64,000 nt of DNA from positions 13,888,001 through 13,952,000 of the forward strand of contig JBHGNT010000013.1 in NCBI GenBank assembly GCA_043228905.1, read 5' to 3'. The stretch comes from Azolla caroliniana (lineage: Eukaryota > Plantae > Polypodiophyta). The translations under genes and the position numbers were made by a program. Below the pieces are notes generated by a model. It ran no database searches and was not told the DNA's origin. It worked only from the letters and a program-made list of their open reading frames with translations. Positions 48,741-63,007 of this stretch are shown here, piece after piece (within the stretch, counting starts at the first letter, position 1; each line of letters opens with the position of its first letter).

Positions 48741-51700
48741 CAGTTCGTAAGATTGTCCTGCAGAGACCAGAACATTATGCAGCCAAACACTTACAATACG
48801 CAGTGGCAGCCAGAAAACTAGTGCATGTGTTATACGGGTGCATGTGGTAGTTAGAAATTGGCTTTTCATGAGGGTACAACCCTAATATGAAAAAAAAGAG
48901 AAAAATAAAAATACAATAACCTCTGATAACTGGCCGAAATGGCATATGAGACACAAATGATAGGCTACATCTTGACATGTTATCGTATCATTGATAACGA
49001 ATAACCAAAATAATCAAATATAAATATTACTAAAGAGTAAAACAAGGTAAAGTTCTAGGTGTTCTTTTTTGCTCAACATTTAACATAATGAGCTTTGATA
49101 GCCTGAAGCTTCTGACTTTGAACAGTCTCCAACATGGCAATTCAAGATAGAGAGGTCTCTAAAATGTGGAAATCATCTTTTAATGTTCGGTTATATTGGC
49201 TGTGATTTCTTGATCTATAGGCACACTATGGTGTGATCTATTGTAACCTCTTTTAATTATTGTGGTTAAGACGCTACTTGTGTAGCACGAGAGGGAGTAA
49301 TGGAGCCAAAGAAAGTTGATAATTCTTTGTTCTCTAGGTTCTTGTATCTTGTCCTTCAACGACTTTGTCTATGTCTCTTGATTTCTACTAAGAATAATTC
49401 CAAGTATTTTTTGTCTCCATATGCAATTACATTGTGAAGTGAGCCAAAATCTTGTTTGAAGAGACATTAATATCTCCCATTTATTTCCTAAAAAATAGCA
49501 CAATAGCAAACATTGATAGATATTGCTTATTTTATTATTCTCCTAAGAGGTGAAATTTGATCTAAAGGATCAAAATGAAACGTTTTCATGCAGTATTTGT
49601 AACTGATGATGCTCGAGAATTTCATCTAGTGAATGTTGCAATTGAGAGGACACAATGCAACAGAGAAATGTTAGTAGTGATAGGGCTGGGTTGAAAAATG
49701 TGGGTAAAGCAAACTGATTGTATTAGAATACGATACTCAGATTCATGAATTTGTTCGGCGGAAATAAGTAAATAAAAAATGCTAGGTTTCCTAAAGCTCG
49801 GTGATGATAATGACGATTTTTCAAGCATGACATATATAACTACCATGTAAGGAATGAGTGCTTGTGAGGGAACATGGTGTCCTATGTTGGTCATGGGTGT
49901 CCTTAGGCAACTTCAACATGAGATGCAATCATCTCCATGATCTTGTGTTTGTATGGCCCATATCCCTCTCATATCAGTACTCAGTCTCTGCTTTTGTTGG
50001 AAATCCTCTGCTTGCTCAATGGTGACTCCTTTCCTTCGCATGTTGGTGCAGGTTGAGGCCTATGGAAGAGGTCAATGATGTCTGATCAGCTGTGTCCCAT
50101 GTGATAATACAAAAGGTTGGTTCCATATGTTTTTGAAGCTTTAACAAGCATTGGCCAACAAGAAGTTGTCATGATGCATTTACTATATCATGTACATTGT
50201 GACCAAACCTAGAACTTATGTGCTCATTATAAGTGTGTGTGAGAAGAAGGGGAAGATTAACCATCTTCATGATCATCATCACCATCTACTTTTGCCTTCT
50301 TCAACTTTTGCTTGTAAGGGAGTGTGCTTCAAAGACTGTAAATGGGAAAAAAGGGAAAAGGGACATTGCCCAATATACAACTGAGAACCTGACAAAAGAA
50401 TGGTATATAAGAAAAGGGGAACTATTCTTTTTAGCTAAAAAGAAAAAGAGAGTTATTTGTCGTCTTCTTCCCTCAAACTCCCACATTTCATCCACATGCT
50501 TTTCTTTTCCCCATGTGATTAAGCAAGGACTATGTGATTTCATGAAAAACATAATTAAGGAGCACCAAGAGATCTAATGCAGGATGTGGCATACTTTTCT
50601 TTTGTCTTGCGTTGATCTCTAGTTGCTGCAAGGAAATTTGAGTTGTCCTATTGTTTTGCAAACGATGTTAGACATTAAGTGCCTATGTACCTTGGTCTTT
50701 GTAGTAGGCCATTTTTGTGTTAATTAACTCTCTTGGTTATAGGAAATCTTTGTTCTTCTCATGATTCTCATTTTCCCAGAGAGAGAGATTTTATTATCTT
50801 CTTCAGAGGTCAAACGTGAGTCACCAAAACCGGAATTTTTTTACATTGTAGGTGTGGAATTGAGTGGTGACTCTTGACTCAAGAATTTTACTGATAAATG
50901 CTGCAATAGAAAGTGCACACTGTGATTGTGGGAAGTTAGATGAGGCATCTGTTACACTTAATGTGTATCCTATGAAAGCTTTGGTGTGAACCTAATTAAG
51001 TGACCATTGGGTTTCCAGCTACCTGTAGATATTGGTTATATAAGCCATTCTACATCTTTGTAATCACAAGCTCGCTTTTTCCTAATCTACTGAATTTTCG
51101 TTACGTCTTCTAACTTTCACTGAGCAAGAGCATCTAAGTGTCTGTGTATCTTGCTTTCACTTGCTTTAAGTGATGTTCATCATCAAGCCTTAAAAGAAAG
51201 TGATGTTCATCATTAAGCCTTAACTCATGGAACTCTGCATAAAAATTTAGGCCCACCTTTTCGTTATTGATGTTGGTACATGAAATCACATGCATAGTGT
51301 GATGTATACATGCATGCGTACACAGATACATGTGTTGCCAAATAAAATGGAATGCGTCAATCACACTATGCTTCATACATGACAATATTTATAGCTTTTG
51401 CTCTCATATCTCATATTTAAAGCTGATTTATCTATTAATGGTATCTAGTGATGAAAGCATCATTACTTTTGATAATAAGAGGCAATGCATCAACTATGCC
51501 TTGCATATAATGTGTTTATTACTGAGAATAGACTAAGAGACAAGTGCATCACATCATGGCATGCATAATGTGCATAATGCCTTGTTTTGTTACAGCACGA
51601 AAGCAAAGATTTTTAGTATCATTGCATGTGGTAGGGTTCTGGGTTCAGGTTCATCGTGAAACCATTTTTGGCATTTCAATGATTTGAAGATTTGAATAGA

Positions 51701-52706
51701 CATTTGAAAAGAATTTATACTTTTGAATAGACATTCAAAACTTAGAATGAACAATACACTGGGAAATTTAGTGTTTTTTGTCTGTATCTTTGATTGGTTC
51801 AAGCTATGGGAAGGGTCTATTCTTGGTTAAATTAATGGTATCATCTTACATCATTACATTGGGACTTGATGATAAGGATGACACTATATCTAGAATAGAT
51901 ATTCTAAACTATAGTGAAAAAGCCAAAAACTAATACTATTTATGATAAATCATATTTGAACATAATTGTTAACCCTATTGGATCCTGTAACGAAGTTGTT
52001 GAGACTTTATATGCGGTTACAAAATTTGTCTGTGCTACATTTTCCTGATAAAAAATGTTGTTTTGTAAGGTACATTTTTTATGCTTTGTATGCGATCTTC
52101 ATAGTTTTTTTATTGCAACTATTAGATTGTGACTCATTTTTTTGCCATTTCACAGGAAAAACCCAATTTTTTCTGGCCTCTAAATCTGGATTAAGTTTGA
52201 GAGGTTGATATGGCAACTCTTTTATCACCTCATGTTCAATACACCTATTCATCTTATTCACTTCTTCAACCATGTGCTAGTTTTGTACCAATGGTAATTG
52301 GCTTTTTGTTTAATTTAATTTAATTTAGAGTGCACTAGATCAGTTTGAGATTGTGGTTGTACTGCCAATATGATGGTCTTTAAAGTTGATCGATACGATG
52401 AATGGTGTTGAAGGAGGTTACATAACAGCCTTATTTAGTGGCATAAGATCAGTGGTCCTCCTAGAAGAATAAAGGAGAGTAAAAAGAAAAAAAAGGCACA
52501 AACAAAAATCCAGAAAATGAAAATGAATTGCTTTCCAATTTAGTCTTCAATGTGATGCAGAAGGTTGTCATCCAAATTGGACGAGAGAGAGAGAGAGAGA
52601 AAGAAAAAAAGAAAGATATATTAACATCTTCTAAGACCAAATTGGCCCGTGAGACAATTGGTTTACAATAAAAATGGGGTATTTACCCATTCATCGAAAG
52701 TAAAAA
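48373..52706. repeat. ~110-bp dispersed repeat present as an inverted pair (48373-48490 vs 52600-52706), with a third partial copy at ~55535-55600
   Basis: TTCGATGATTGGGTAGACACCCTATTTTGTTGTAGACCAATTGTCTCA..TTAGAAGACGTTAATAT matches the reverse complement of 52600-52706 at roughly 80% by eye. Confidence 0.7.
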
Positions 52707-52744
52707 TAAAAATAAAATAGAACATAAGGTAAAGAGTTCTAGCA

Positions 52745-55470
52745 AAAAAATAAACATGTTCTATAAGGAAATGACTTTATACTAGGCCTAGTTTCATTTC
52801 CATCCTAGTCTCTCGAAAAGAAGCAGGAGATCAAAGGGTTTTGGTGTGGAGGTGGCCCATGGTCCCTATGTAAAAGATACTGCAACCATAGTTGCTAGGC
52901 GGCGTAGCTCACATTCCCTTATCTTCTTAATTGTTTCTACTCCACGTCGAGTTGCTTTGAAGCCTGACATCCTAGGGCGTTTGGTTGTTCTTTGCATTTC
53001 TGCTTCCTCAAGAGAGAGGCTGAGTGGTGTAGGTGTGTCCACATTCATCGTCTCCCCTTGTTCCTGAAAATTGTATTAGTTACATGTTGGTGAATATTAA
53101 AATGAGTATGGTTAACATTTTGTAGTTTTTCTCCCTATGTTTTAGCTCTAAGATATATCTACCTAGTCTCTTTATATGCGGGGTATCTAATAGTTTGGAG
53201 AGAGTCCTAGTATGGCTTGGTATTTCGCCCTTATCTCACTATAAGTTGGACTCTTGCATATAAAGTGATACTTATCCTCTATCTCTATGTGACATAACCT
53301 ACATAGCCTTTCCTCTCTAGGGACTCCATTAGTACGACCATTCTCAATCTCAAGTTGGTGAGATGATATCCTAAGTTGTCCAATGGCCACCCTTAGTGCA
53401 TTTGTCAAGAATGTATCTAGATATTTTGGTTGTGTAATAAAACCTAGCTTAGAGAAGTGCATAAAGTGTTCCTTATAGTACAACATTTTAGATGGGAATG
53501 GCTCTCGTGGGGTGATCCATTTATATCGTGTATAAATTTGCCATATTTCTTGGCGTATTACTTTATTACAGTCGACATGAGAGATTAAAGTTTGATCAGT
53601 CTCATGGTTGTACTTAAGGGGAGGTAGGTTATTAATGTCTATGCCATTTGCAAGTAACCAATGCACTACAATGCTATACCAAGAGCTACCATCTCCGGAC
53701 TCATAGGGATTGGGATGCCTCAAAAGCTTGACGGGATATCTGATCTTGTGGTTGGCTATGTATCCTATGAATAAAAACTACCAATTGGAAGAGTGCTTCT
53801 ACTAACATTGGGGTCAGACTGAACTCTGCTTTAATAATGTCATGTGGTACTGTCGATTTGCTTCAAAGTTGACGTGATAACATCATCACCAAAGGTCTCT
53901 CAATTGTGTCCACATGAAGGACGGTAGATCTAGAGCCCATACAACTAATGCATACATGAGTGAAGGGGTCACTAATGAGTCAAAGGGCCATCCCTTAGTC
54001 CGTGGCTCTTGAAAGTATGCCTGGCAACATTGTCTCTCTAAGAGAGAGGGATGCATACCCTCTTGTTAGCCTATCTTTGGCTGCTTGGGTCATCGAGAAT
54101 TAACCTGAACGAGCACTAAAAGTGACCCAGATATACATATGGTCCAACTACCTCGACTGGTTTATGAGAGAGTAGGTGACACTTACTCCTAACTCGAGAC
54201 GATGTGTGAAAGATAAGGGCTTTAGTTTTTGTTAGATTCACTACCAATCCTAATTGTGTGCAAAAATCATCTAGGGCATTAAGGTGCTTTTGTGGGTCGT
54301 GTTCAAACTCCGAGAGCAAAACTATGTTGTCAGCATAGAGTAAGAGACTAACTTGCGTGCCCCCAATGGCTACTCTGTTGCCTCCCTTACGAGCAATAAA
54401 ATCAGTGATCTCATCAATGTAGATCCCAAAAAGAGTCGGTGATAGGGGGCAACCCTGTTTTACGCCAATGGTGTTGGTGAAGCAATCGGAGAGGCCACCT
54501 GGGCATTTGACGCACCCAGAGACTTGCTCATATAGAGCATAGATGGCCCAAATCATGTCATTTGGTATCTCCAAGCTTCGAAGCCTATCAAACAACTGTG
54601 TCAAAGGCTTTGCAGAAGTCCACAAAGCAACAATATAGTTTCTTCTTGCGAGCCTTCGTCTTGGTCAATTAAGCATCTTAGTGTGAAGATATGGTCAATA
54701 GTGGAGAAGGCTCGTCTAAAGCCAGCCTGCTCAGGTGCTCGAAGGCTTTCGGTCTCCATATAATCACTAAACTCTACTTCCATTATTGCATCATATAGTC
54801 TATCGAGTGTATGACCTATCATGATGGTCCTATATGATTTTGGGTCCATTGGGTCCCCTCCTTCATGTATAGGGGCCACTGTGTTCATGGTCCATTGTGG
54901 TGGAAAACCCTCGGCGAGGGCGTGGTTGAAGATTAGAGTGAGAAAAGGAGCTATGCACTCTTGAGCATATATGATGTGTTCGCTCGCAATCCTGTGTGGT
55001 CCATGGACTTCCTATCTTGTAAATTTTTTATGACCTTCGTGACCCTAGAGGTCATGAAAAGTGTCCCCTTGGTGGGTCGAGGTGTGGAAGGCATTGGAAT
55101 GGGTGGTGGGTTCGGGACGTGCTAGAGTCTCTTTGTATATGTGTGCCAAGTGTGGGGATCCTCAATGGGTGTTTGTGGTCTCGGTTCCCGTAGTCTCTTC
55201 CATGCAAGGGCGCAATCCCTACTCATGAGCATGTAGTAGAGTTCCCTATATTGAGATGCTTCCCAAGCTCATCTTTTACAACGTGTCATCTTGCACATCT
55301 CTTTGCAAGCCTGTATTGAGGAAATAGTACCACTAAGTCGTGACACTTTAAGTTGTCTATACAAAGCTCTACAATCTTCATCATACCACCTATTCTGTAG
55401 CATAGACCCTATTCTATTTTGATTGGAGTGTTTCATGTATGGGAAGCTACTAATTGCTGCTGAGTGAAGG
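52745..55470 (-). mobile_element. 5'-truncated, decayed non-LTR retrotransposon (RTE/RTEX-like LINE)
   Basis: RT motifs YRTIMIG, QAGFR..STIDHIFTL, GVKQGCPLSPTLF, LLYADNIVL; C-terminal LRISSHQLEIENGR..RLCRLC..EDKYHF; frameshifts. Boundaries approximate. Confidence 0.85.
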
Positions 55471-56004
55471 ATGCGCGTGAGTTAACATCTTTTAATTGGA
55501 GTGTTTCGCGTATGGGAAGCTACTAATCGCTGCTGAGTTAACATCTTTTAAGAGGCCAAAATGGCCTATGAGACCAAATAAGAGATTACATCTCAAGTGT
55601 TGTCTCGTCTTTGAGAACAAATCAAAATAAAATAAATATTACACAATAAATATAAAAGTAAATAACATGAAAAGAAAATTAATGAGGGAATCTGGTTTTT
55701 GGCACATGTGAGATCCTCAAGTTAGGTATATTGTGGCTTTTGTCTTTGAAAGATCTCTAGCATAGGTCCATCCAGAATGGAAATGTCTCCGAAGCGAGGG
55801 AAGCACCTACGATGGCGGGAGATAAAGGCTTTTATCTGTCGATGACAAGGGTGTTGAGGTCATGGTCCATGGGGCTGAGAGAGAGAGAAAGAGAGAGAGA
55901 GAGAGGTCTTATGTGCTTGCTATTTTAGCTCTTATTAGTTCCAGAATAATTTGATTGGCGATAGGGTAAATCCTTATATGACTGTGATGCATGTAAATTG
56001 TCAG

Positions 56005-57318
56005 CGGCAATCTTCTACAGTAACCACATTGGAGTTTCGAGAATTTCGATCAAGAAGCCAATCTGTAATTTACAAGAGGCACAAACAATTCATTTTGAAT
56101 AGTAACTTGCGACATATAACAGGTATAGTGGAATGTTTTCATTGACTATTTCCAACTTATAAGGCAACATTAGCCTTGGATTTTGGTTGGTTTTGGGAGT
56201 TTTATAGGCAACTTTTTTGTCATGGAAGAGATATGACTTCATTTTGATGCCTTCTTTTTTGTCTTTCAAAGAGTATTAATTTCTAGCAATCTGCCATGGT
56301 AAAATGGGGAAGTAGTGTGTATAGCTGTTGTTAACAGGATATAAAAATACTGGAATTTTTTTTGGTTCTCATTATTTACTATTGTTTGGTCTTCTCTATC
56401 TTTTAATGATTTCAATCCTTTGTTGACTTTTTTAACTTTTTTGCTATTATCGGAATGACTTATATCCTTCGTCATTTCTTCTTTTTCTCACACTAATCAG
56501 AAGGCCAAGCATGTGACTGAAGGTTTTGTTTGTTTCATCTCGTCTTTCATTCCTTTATCAGCAGTGTTAACTTCCTTGTCTGGCAAAACACCTGATGAAA
56601 GAGATAATTTAGCTGATGCTGAAGAGAATGTAAGCTCGAATTGAATTATAAATTATATTTATTCTCTTTTGTCATTTTGTTTCACTTTGTTTCTAAGTGG
56701 TTGATAGTGTTGCTATTAGGAAATAAAGTTGGACTTGAATCTTCCAAGGAGAAAACTTCAAATTTCATTTACATGTAATGTATGTGGAGTGAGAAGTCAA
56801 AGACTGGTCAATCCTCATGCCTATGCACGTGGCACTGTCTTTGTACAGGTCTGTCTTTTTGTCCTGGTAATAGGACGAACTTTCTTTTTGGTTTCCATTT
56901 TCCGTGTATCCTTTTTTTAGAAAGCAAATCTATACTGTCATTAGATAGTAAAACGACATTGTGTCGAAACATTCATTAAATGTTAGTGTAATACTCTCTG
57001 AGTCAAAATAAAATGAAGATAAACCTTAGAGCATTTTTTTAGACTTAAATCCAAGCGAGATTATAAAAGTGTATGCTTTTTAGATGACATCATATATATA
57101 TATCCTGATCAAGGCATATAAAGGCAATGCTGTCACATTATACTTAGCACATAATGAATCATCTTTAGATTGAGGTTTTGGCATTGAACTAAAGGTTCAT
57201 CGTGCTATGACAGTGTGCTGGATGTGAAGTGTATCATCAGCTAGTTGATAACTTGAAGCTTATCGAGGAGTATGATTTCAGGAAAGAGGTTGAGGTTGAG
57301 CAATCTGAGATGGATTAG
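56005..57318 (+). CDS. DNL-type (Zim17/Hep) zinc-ribbon protein, probably organelle-targeted; start exon not identified
   Basis: Exons 56005-56122, 56562 or 56565-56629 (NAGNAG acceptor), 56720-56848 and 57214-57318 have compatible phases. PRRKLQISFTCNVCGVRSQRLVNPHAYARGTVFVQ|CAGCEVYHQLVDNL contains both CxxC pairs and resembles Arabidopsis At1g68730 as recalled. The two 5' exons are less certain. Confidence 0.88.
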
Positions 57319-60300
57319 GGCAGACGCATGTCTAGTCATTTTATAGCTGGAGTGTATATGGATGGACAGTCTATAACTCTATAAAGTTGAAATATGTGGA
57401 AATAAGTATCGGTGATCTTTCAAAAGGCGCTACCTCTTGTATTAGTGTTCATGCTTTTACCATTGGGTGGGTGAATCATTGAGTATGATGTATGTTGATA
57501 AATTTGTGAAGGAACCAAGTTACAACCATTGTTACAACTTACAATTGAATTTCCCCATAGTGCTTTAGGTCATTGATTCGTTCTAGTTTTGCCAAAGTAT
57601 CACGATTCTCTCAAAGTGCCTTGAATCTTTAATCTCTCTCTCTCCAGTGTTAGGTAAAATAACCAATCAAATTTCTCTTCTTTCACTCAAGAGTCCTTTT
57701 ATTTCCATCAACGAATTCTATGTGACTAAAATATAGCAGGATGTGCTTGTATGTGTCTTATTTTTCAAACAAATATGAAGTAGGTTGGGGAAGGTGCAAA
57801 AGAAAATATTAAAGATTTTTCACAGTTGGTACCCTGACAGAGGGTTTGGCGTTCCAAAATGAGGGCTAGCCTCACTCTTAATCTCTTATTGTCAAGCAGT
57901 AGAAACAAAGAACAAGGGCTATAATCCTCATGGTCTTGTAAATGCCAATTGTTGGAGTCATAAGAGGATAGGTTCTTTCAAGGTATAACTCTTTTCATGT
58001 ACTAAAATCTTTTGTGCATGAGAACTTGGATCTAATATTGTCTTTTCTTCTATCAAGTTGTCTTGCATGATTGGTTTTATTGAACATTTAGTATTGAGTC
58101 CTGTGTCAAACATTACAATTGATTTTTTGTAATTAAAAGGAGTACCACGTATTTAAGTTATTCTTGTACATAGTTGTGTAGCAAGAACTTAAGAGAGGAC
58201 TCAAGTATATATGAGAAAGTTACTAAAACATGCTCAAAAGGTTTAGAAGCTCAAGAAACATACTTACTCATTTTCAAAGTCACCTATATATGCCCCATCC
58301 AAAAGTATACATGTAGGTATATAACATGAAGATATGTGCTCTTAACAACGAGCATGTCATTAATCAATGTCGATTGATCATCGATCTAAGTATCACACTT
58401 CTGCCCAAAGGAAGAAATTTGACTCACATATTAAGCTTCAACCTAGAGGAAGACTTGACAACGGAAAATGACACATGTCAAAAAAGAAGAAGGGGGGGTG
58501 GAACACACATCCATGTGAGAGTGTCATTAAGGCCCTTGGAAGAAATTGGGATTGGGTTAGTTAGAGTACCTATCGAGCCTATGAAGGTAGATTTGATGGA
58601 GATGTGAGAAAACATATGTCATTTGGTCAAACCCAAACCTAGACCAAACCGAATTGAACCACTAGAGCTCTGGATGGGACACAATGCCAATTCAATTAGT
58701 CACAATGCATATATATTATTAATTTCACAAGATTCACATACACAACGATTATTCGGCTTCCAGGCTCATTTTTAAATGAACAAGAAGAATAAGGCATGTA
58801 ATATCAATCTCCAACATTCTTGACCCTTGCTTAGTTATACTAGCCAAGGTCATTCTTGCCATTATTGTTCAAGAGAATGGCATGACATTCTAATCAACCA
58901 TCCACCTTAAATATATTTGCTCTAAACTTTTGCGTGTGACCCCCTTTGAATGTGGTACTACCATTGCTAAGTTTGGTCATGAGATCATCAAGTAGATTAG
59001 GTTGCCAACTATCTATCAACATTGTGACAACTTACAAATAGCAAAACTAGAGTGGGTTTGTATTTTCGAGTTTCATTCAAGCAGGGTCATCATTGGCTAC
59101 CAATCCTTCATGTCAAATTTGAACAACATATTCAAGGTGTAAGTGCATTGTCAAAGCAATATCCTAGTGACAAGATCGTATAGAAGGTTGTGCATTATTT
59201 AATGTAAGATTATAGCCTTTCACATTAGCTACCTATGATAACCAAATGACGAACATGCAAGGTCCAAGTAGTAAGCATGCATTGATGCTTGGTGGCAACC
59301 AAGCATAAGCCTACACATGCATTTAGAGAAATGATAAGCTTGTCAAACTATTTTAGCTCAATGCTAGTCTTTGGCATAATCTTATTGCGAATTTCTTTTT
59401 CATTATTTTCCTTTTTCAATCTAGTATTTCTTTTTGCATCAACTCTAATCATTTGAGTCGGAATACCATTTCTTCTATTATTAAACTTTACATAGCCATG
59501 GAATTTATCAGTATGAATATAGGTGTAACAATATATACATTTAATAAGATTCACGGTAGTGCTTTACCACTTATTAAGAAAAACAACAAAATTATGCACA
59601 ATACACCACAAAATTTTTAACATGGAAGACTCTTGAGGGATAAAAAAACACATGACCAAGTTTAGAAACAATTCAATATCAACGTATAAAATTCTCAAAG
59701 TTCCACTCTAAATATATTAGAGTACAATGTAAAGAAGAAAGTTGTGGGATGATGGCAATGGGGTTTGAAGCATATTTGTCATGATGAGAAGATGAGTGGT
59801 GATGGTGTGAGGGCTGAAGTAGATCAAGAGGGGATGAGGAAACATTTTTCACTTACTTTGTTGTTATTTGCACAGGATGAGATGAGATGAGATGATGTGG
59901 ACTGAATGAAGCAATTTGTCTGTTTTTAGGAGGGATGATGGTGGGGGGGGCGAAGCAGATCTTGAGGGGATGAGAAACATACTAGACTCATTTTGTTAAT
60001 TGTACAGGACCTTGGTAGTAAGCGACAAGATAGTTGATGCGGACCGAATGAAGCATAATTTTGTTTTGTGTTAAGGTTGACTGAAGATGGTGTGGGGATC
60101 GAAGCAAATGATGTGAGGTGACGAGGACAAAGATCATCTTGTTTTATAGGGAGATTAATTACAAGTACATTTTCAATGTTCGTGGAGATGAAGGACATGG
60201 TCGTTTCGATATGGGAGATGATAGATGGGCGTTATCCCAAGCATCATGGATTGTTTTTGTGTCTTCAACTACAGCAGTTGAAGAAGATCTTGACGCACAA

Positions 60301-61643
60301 AACATTTGCCAAATAGCAACACCTAGTGGACATCCAGGTGATGGTAAACAACTTCAGTATATGTGGAACCAAATGTTGAGTTTTTAGACTACCATCCATG
60401 GTGGACAACTAGGGTATGTTGAATATGATTACCACCAAGATATGTATTCTCTAGGACCGTTTATATTTGGTCCTTTTTTATTTTATGATAGATACTTGTG
60501 GAGTGGAAACTATTATGTACAATTTGTAGATTGCCTTTGGCATTGTTAATTTTAATACCAATGGAGCATATATGGAAAAATAAAATAAAAAAATAAAACG
60601 TCTACTAATAACTTAAAGTCAATTAATGAGACACAAAAGACAACCAAGACTCAAAGCACGTGGCTAGTGACAAAGCCAGTGTTCTACTCTCTAACGGAAA
60701 TATACCCGCTTTCCCCCTTTTTCTCACTTTTAAAAAGTGAGTATAGATATGTAAATACATGTTAAGTGTGAGCCTTTCCACACTGTATTAAAAAACAAAA
60801 GATGGGCGTCCAGGGCCCATTCACATACCTAAGTAGTGTGGCCAAAATACTAACAACAATGTCAATTTTGAGGATCTCTAAACCAAGTGCCACATTCCAA
60901 TCAAAGAAGCTCACATTCATTTGGTTGGATATTCCTCAAGACCAGAGGTGTTCATGGGCCAATTCAATCTTGAGGCTATGAAGTAATATGACTTTTCATA
61001 AAGAACCAGAATCGTTGAATAACATTGTACAATGTTATAATCACTTATTTGAATGATGTCCCGAGAACAACACCACCTTTAGGGCCTGTGCAATTCCATT
61101 TTGATAGAAGGCCCTAGTTTAATGGAGATCAAGAGGGCATTTTATTTGGAACCATTCTTTGAAGTTGGGAAGCAACAACATCCAGCAAACCCTGTAGTAG
61201 TAATGCATGGAAATGCTATATTAGAGTGCTTTGCCTAAAAGGATTTACAATGAACTATCCAAATGTGGCCAAAAACCCTTCATAAACCTCATATAAACAT
61301 ACTAGATAACTTTGGCTCATGCTAAATTGGGACTTTTGAATCATTATTATGAGGCCATGCTAAAGACGTGCTCAAGGCACTAATGTGCCAACTTTTTGGT
61401 ATATATTTGCACAATGGGAAAATGTTCAAAGCAGTAATGTGCAAAACCAATGAGTTATACATATAGTTAGTACATGGAATGTAGGTTAGCTTGTTCTCCT
61501 TGTAAGATGTATGTAGTTACAATACTCCCTGTTTATAAAGCTTGTTCTCAAATAAGCAACCTAATTTGTGCATTGTGGACAACACAAAACATAAAGATAA
61601 TCTATGTATTAGGTTAAGATTTATGGAGGACATTAGTCTAGAA

Positions 61644-61973
61644 TGGCCCTTTATGTGAGAGATAAGTTGAAACCCATGGGTGATTCAATGCAATATATAT
61701 GGTCCATTACTAAGTTCTCACATCTACCAAATGCTGAAAATGGCATGGTACACAAATTATTAGAGCTCATTACAAGCTCATGGGATTAATGGGAACCCTT
61801 GTTGGCTGGCCCTTAATGTGAGAGATAAGTTGAAACCCATGGGTGATTCAATGCAATATATACGGTCCAAGTTACTAATTTCTCACATCTGACAATTGCT
61901 GAAAAATGGCATGGTACACGAATTATTAGAGCTCATTGCAAGCTCATGGGCTTGATGGGAACCCTCGTTGGCT
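61644..61973. repeat. Two-copy ~163-bp tandem duplication
   Basis: TGGCCCTT.ATGTGAGAGATAAGTTGAAACCCATGGG... starts at 61644 and again at 61807. Confidence 0.9.
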
Positions 61974-62655
61974 TGTCTTATAAGTGAGATGGTCATTCAC
62001 TTTCCAAAGGATTGGTGTATATTTTTATGTAGCTACTAGCAATTTTTCAGAGTTCATTAAGACATTAGTCCACACTTTTTACCTTACATTCCATCAAAGG
62101 AAAACCTAGCAACATGAGTGACGTCTTCAAAGAATATTATATTTACTTTTACATTCAGTTAGCCAATTCCATGATTTAGAGATATCTCCCCAATGCATCA
62201 CATTCAAGGTACATATTGTAGTGAGTGTAGCATGCATACATACACAAGTAGCATGCAATGACCTCGTATCATATTCAAAGTAAAATCGAACTAAATAAGG
62301 AATGGCAAAGGGAGCATAGAGTAACATAGTGCTCTACCCAAGCTTTGTCATTTCAATGAAAAGGGAAGAAACAAGAAAGAGTGTAGAGCAACATAGAGCT
62401 CTACCAAAGCTTTCTCATTTCATTTAATTGTGATTGCGGTTGGAATTAGTGTTATATGAGAGGCCATTTCATCACGGTTGTAGTTATTGCCTATGGAATT
62501 AGGGTTAAGTGAGAAGCCAGTTCCTTGTCATCACAGTCGTTGCCATTGCATTTACGGTTTCCTGACATACCATTTCATTGAGGTGGCAGTTGTTGGAATT
62601 ATGGTTATGTGAGATGTCTCATTTGTGCTGCTGGTTCTTGTGGTTGGAATTACAG

Positions 62656-63007
62656 TTATTTGAGATGTCGACCATTATTTGATGTCTGATAGAATTGTGA
62701 GCCCATTGTTTGTGCCGGTACTTGGCTTGAAGTTGCGACCTTGAGCCTTTGGACCTCCTCTCTTAGAGCTTCATTCAAAGCTGAGTAATCAAGATAAAAA
62801 CGAAACGAATGGGATAAGATTCTATGACACATGAATGATTATTTTGTATATATATATATTAGACAAAAACATGCGCAAGACAATAATGTGCTGACTATTG
62901 GGATGGCTTAAAATGCCCTTACATTCACGAAGCTGAGCCTGTTGTTCCATAGCTTGAAGCCTGAGTTTGAGCTCATTATTCTCATTAAAAAAACATGTAG
63001 AGTCCCT
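62656..63007 (-). CDS. Last two coding exons of a group-I bZIP transcription factor (RF2/VIP1/PosF21-like); basic-region exon presumably beyond the window end
   Basis: Exons 63007-62923 and 62780-62656 (AG/GT, phase 1) give RDSTCFFNENNELKLRLQAMEQQAQLRE-SLNEALREEVQRLKVAT...*, the group-I zipper signature. Not in the ORF track. Confidence 0.85.

Noticed and set aside
57400-61600. Possible decayed DNA-transposon coding remnants between the DNL and bZIP genes
   Set aside because: No motif, TIR or TSD could be supported by eye.
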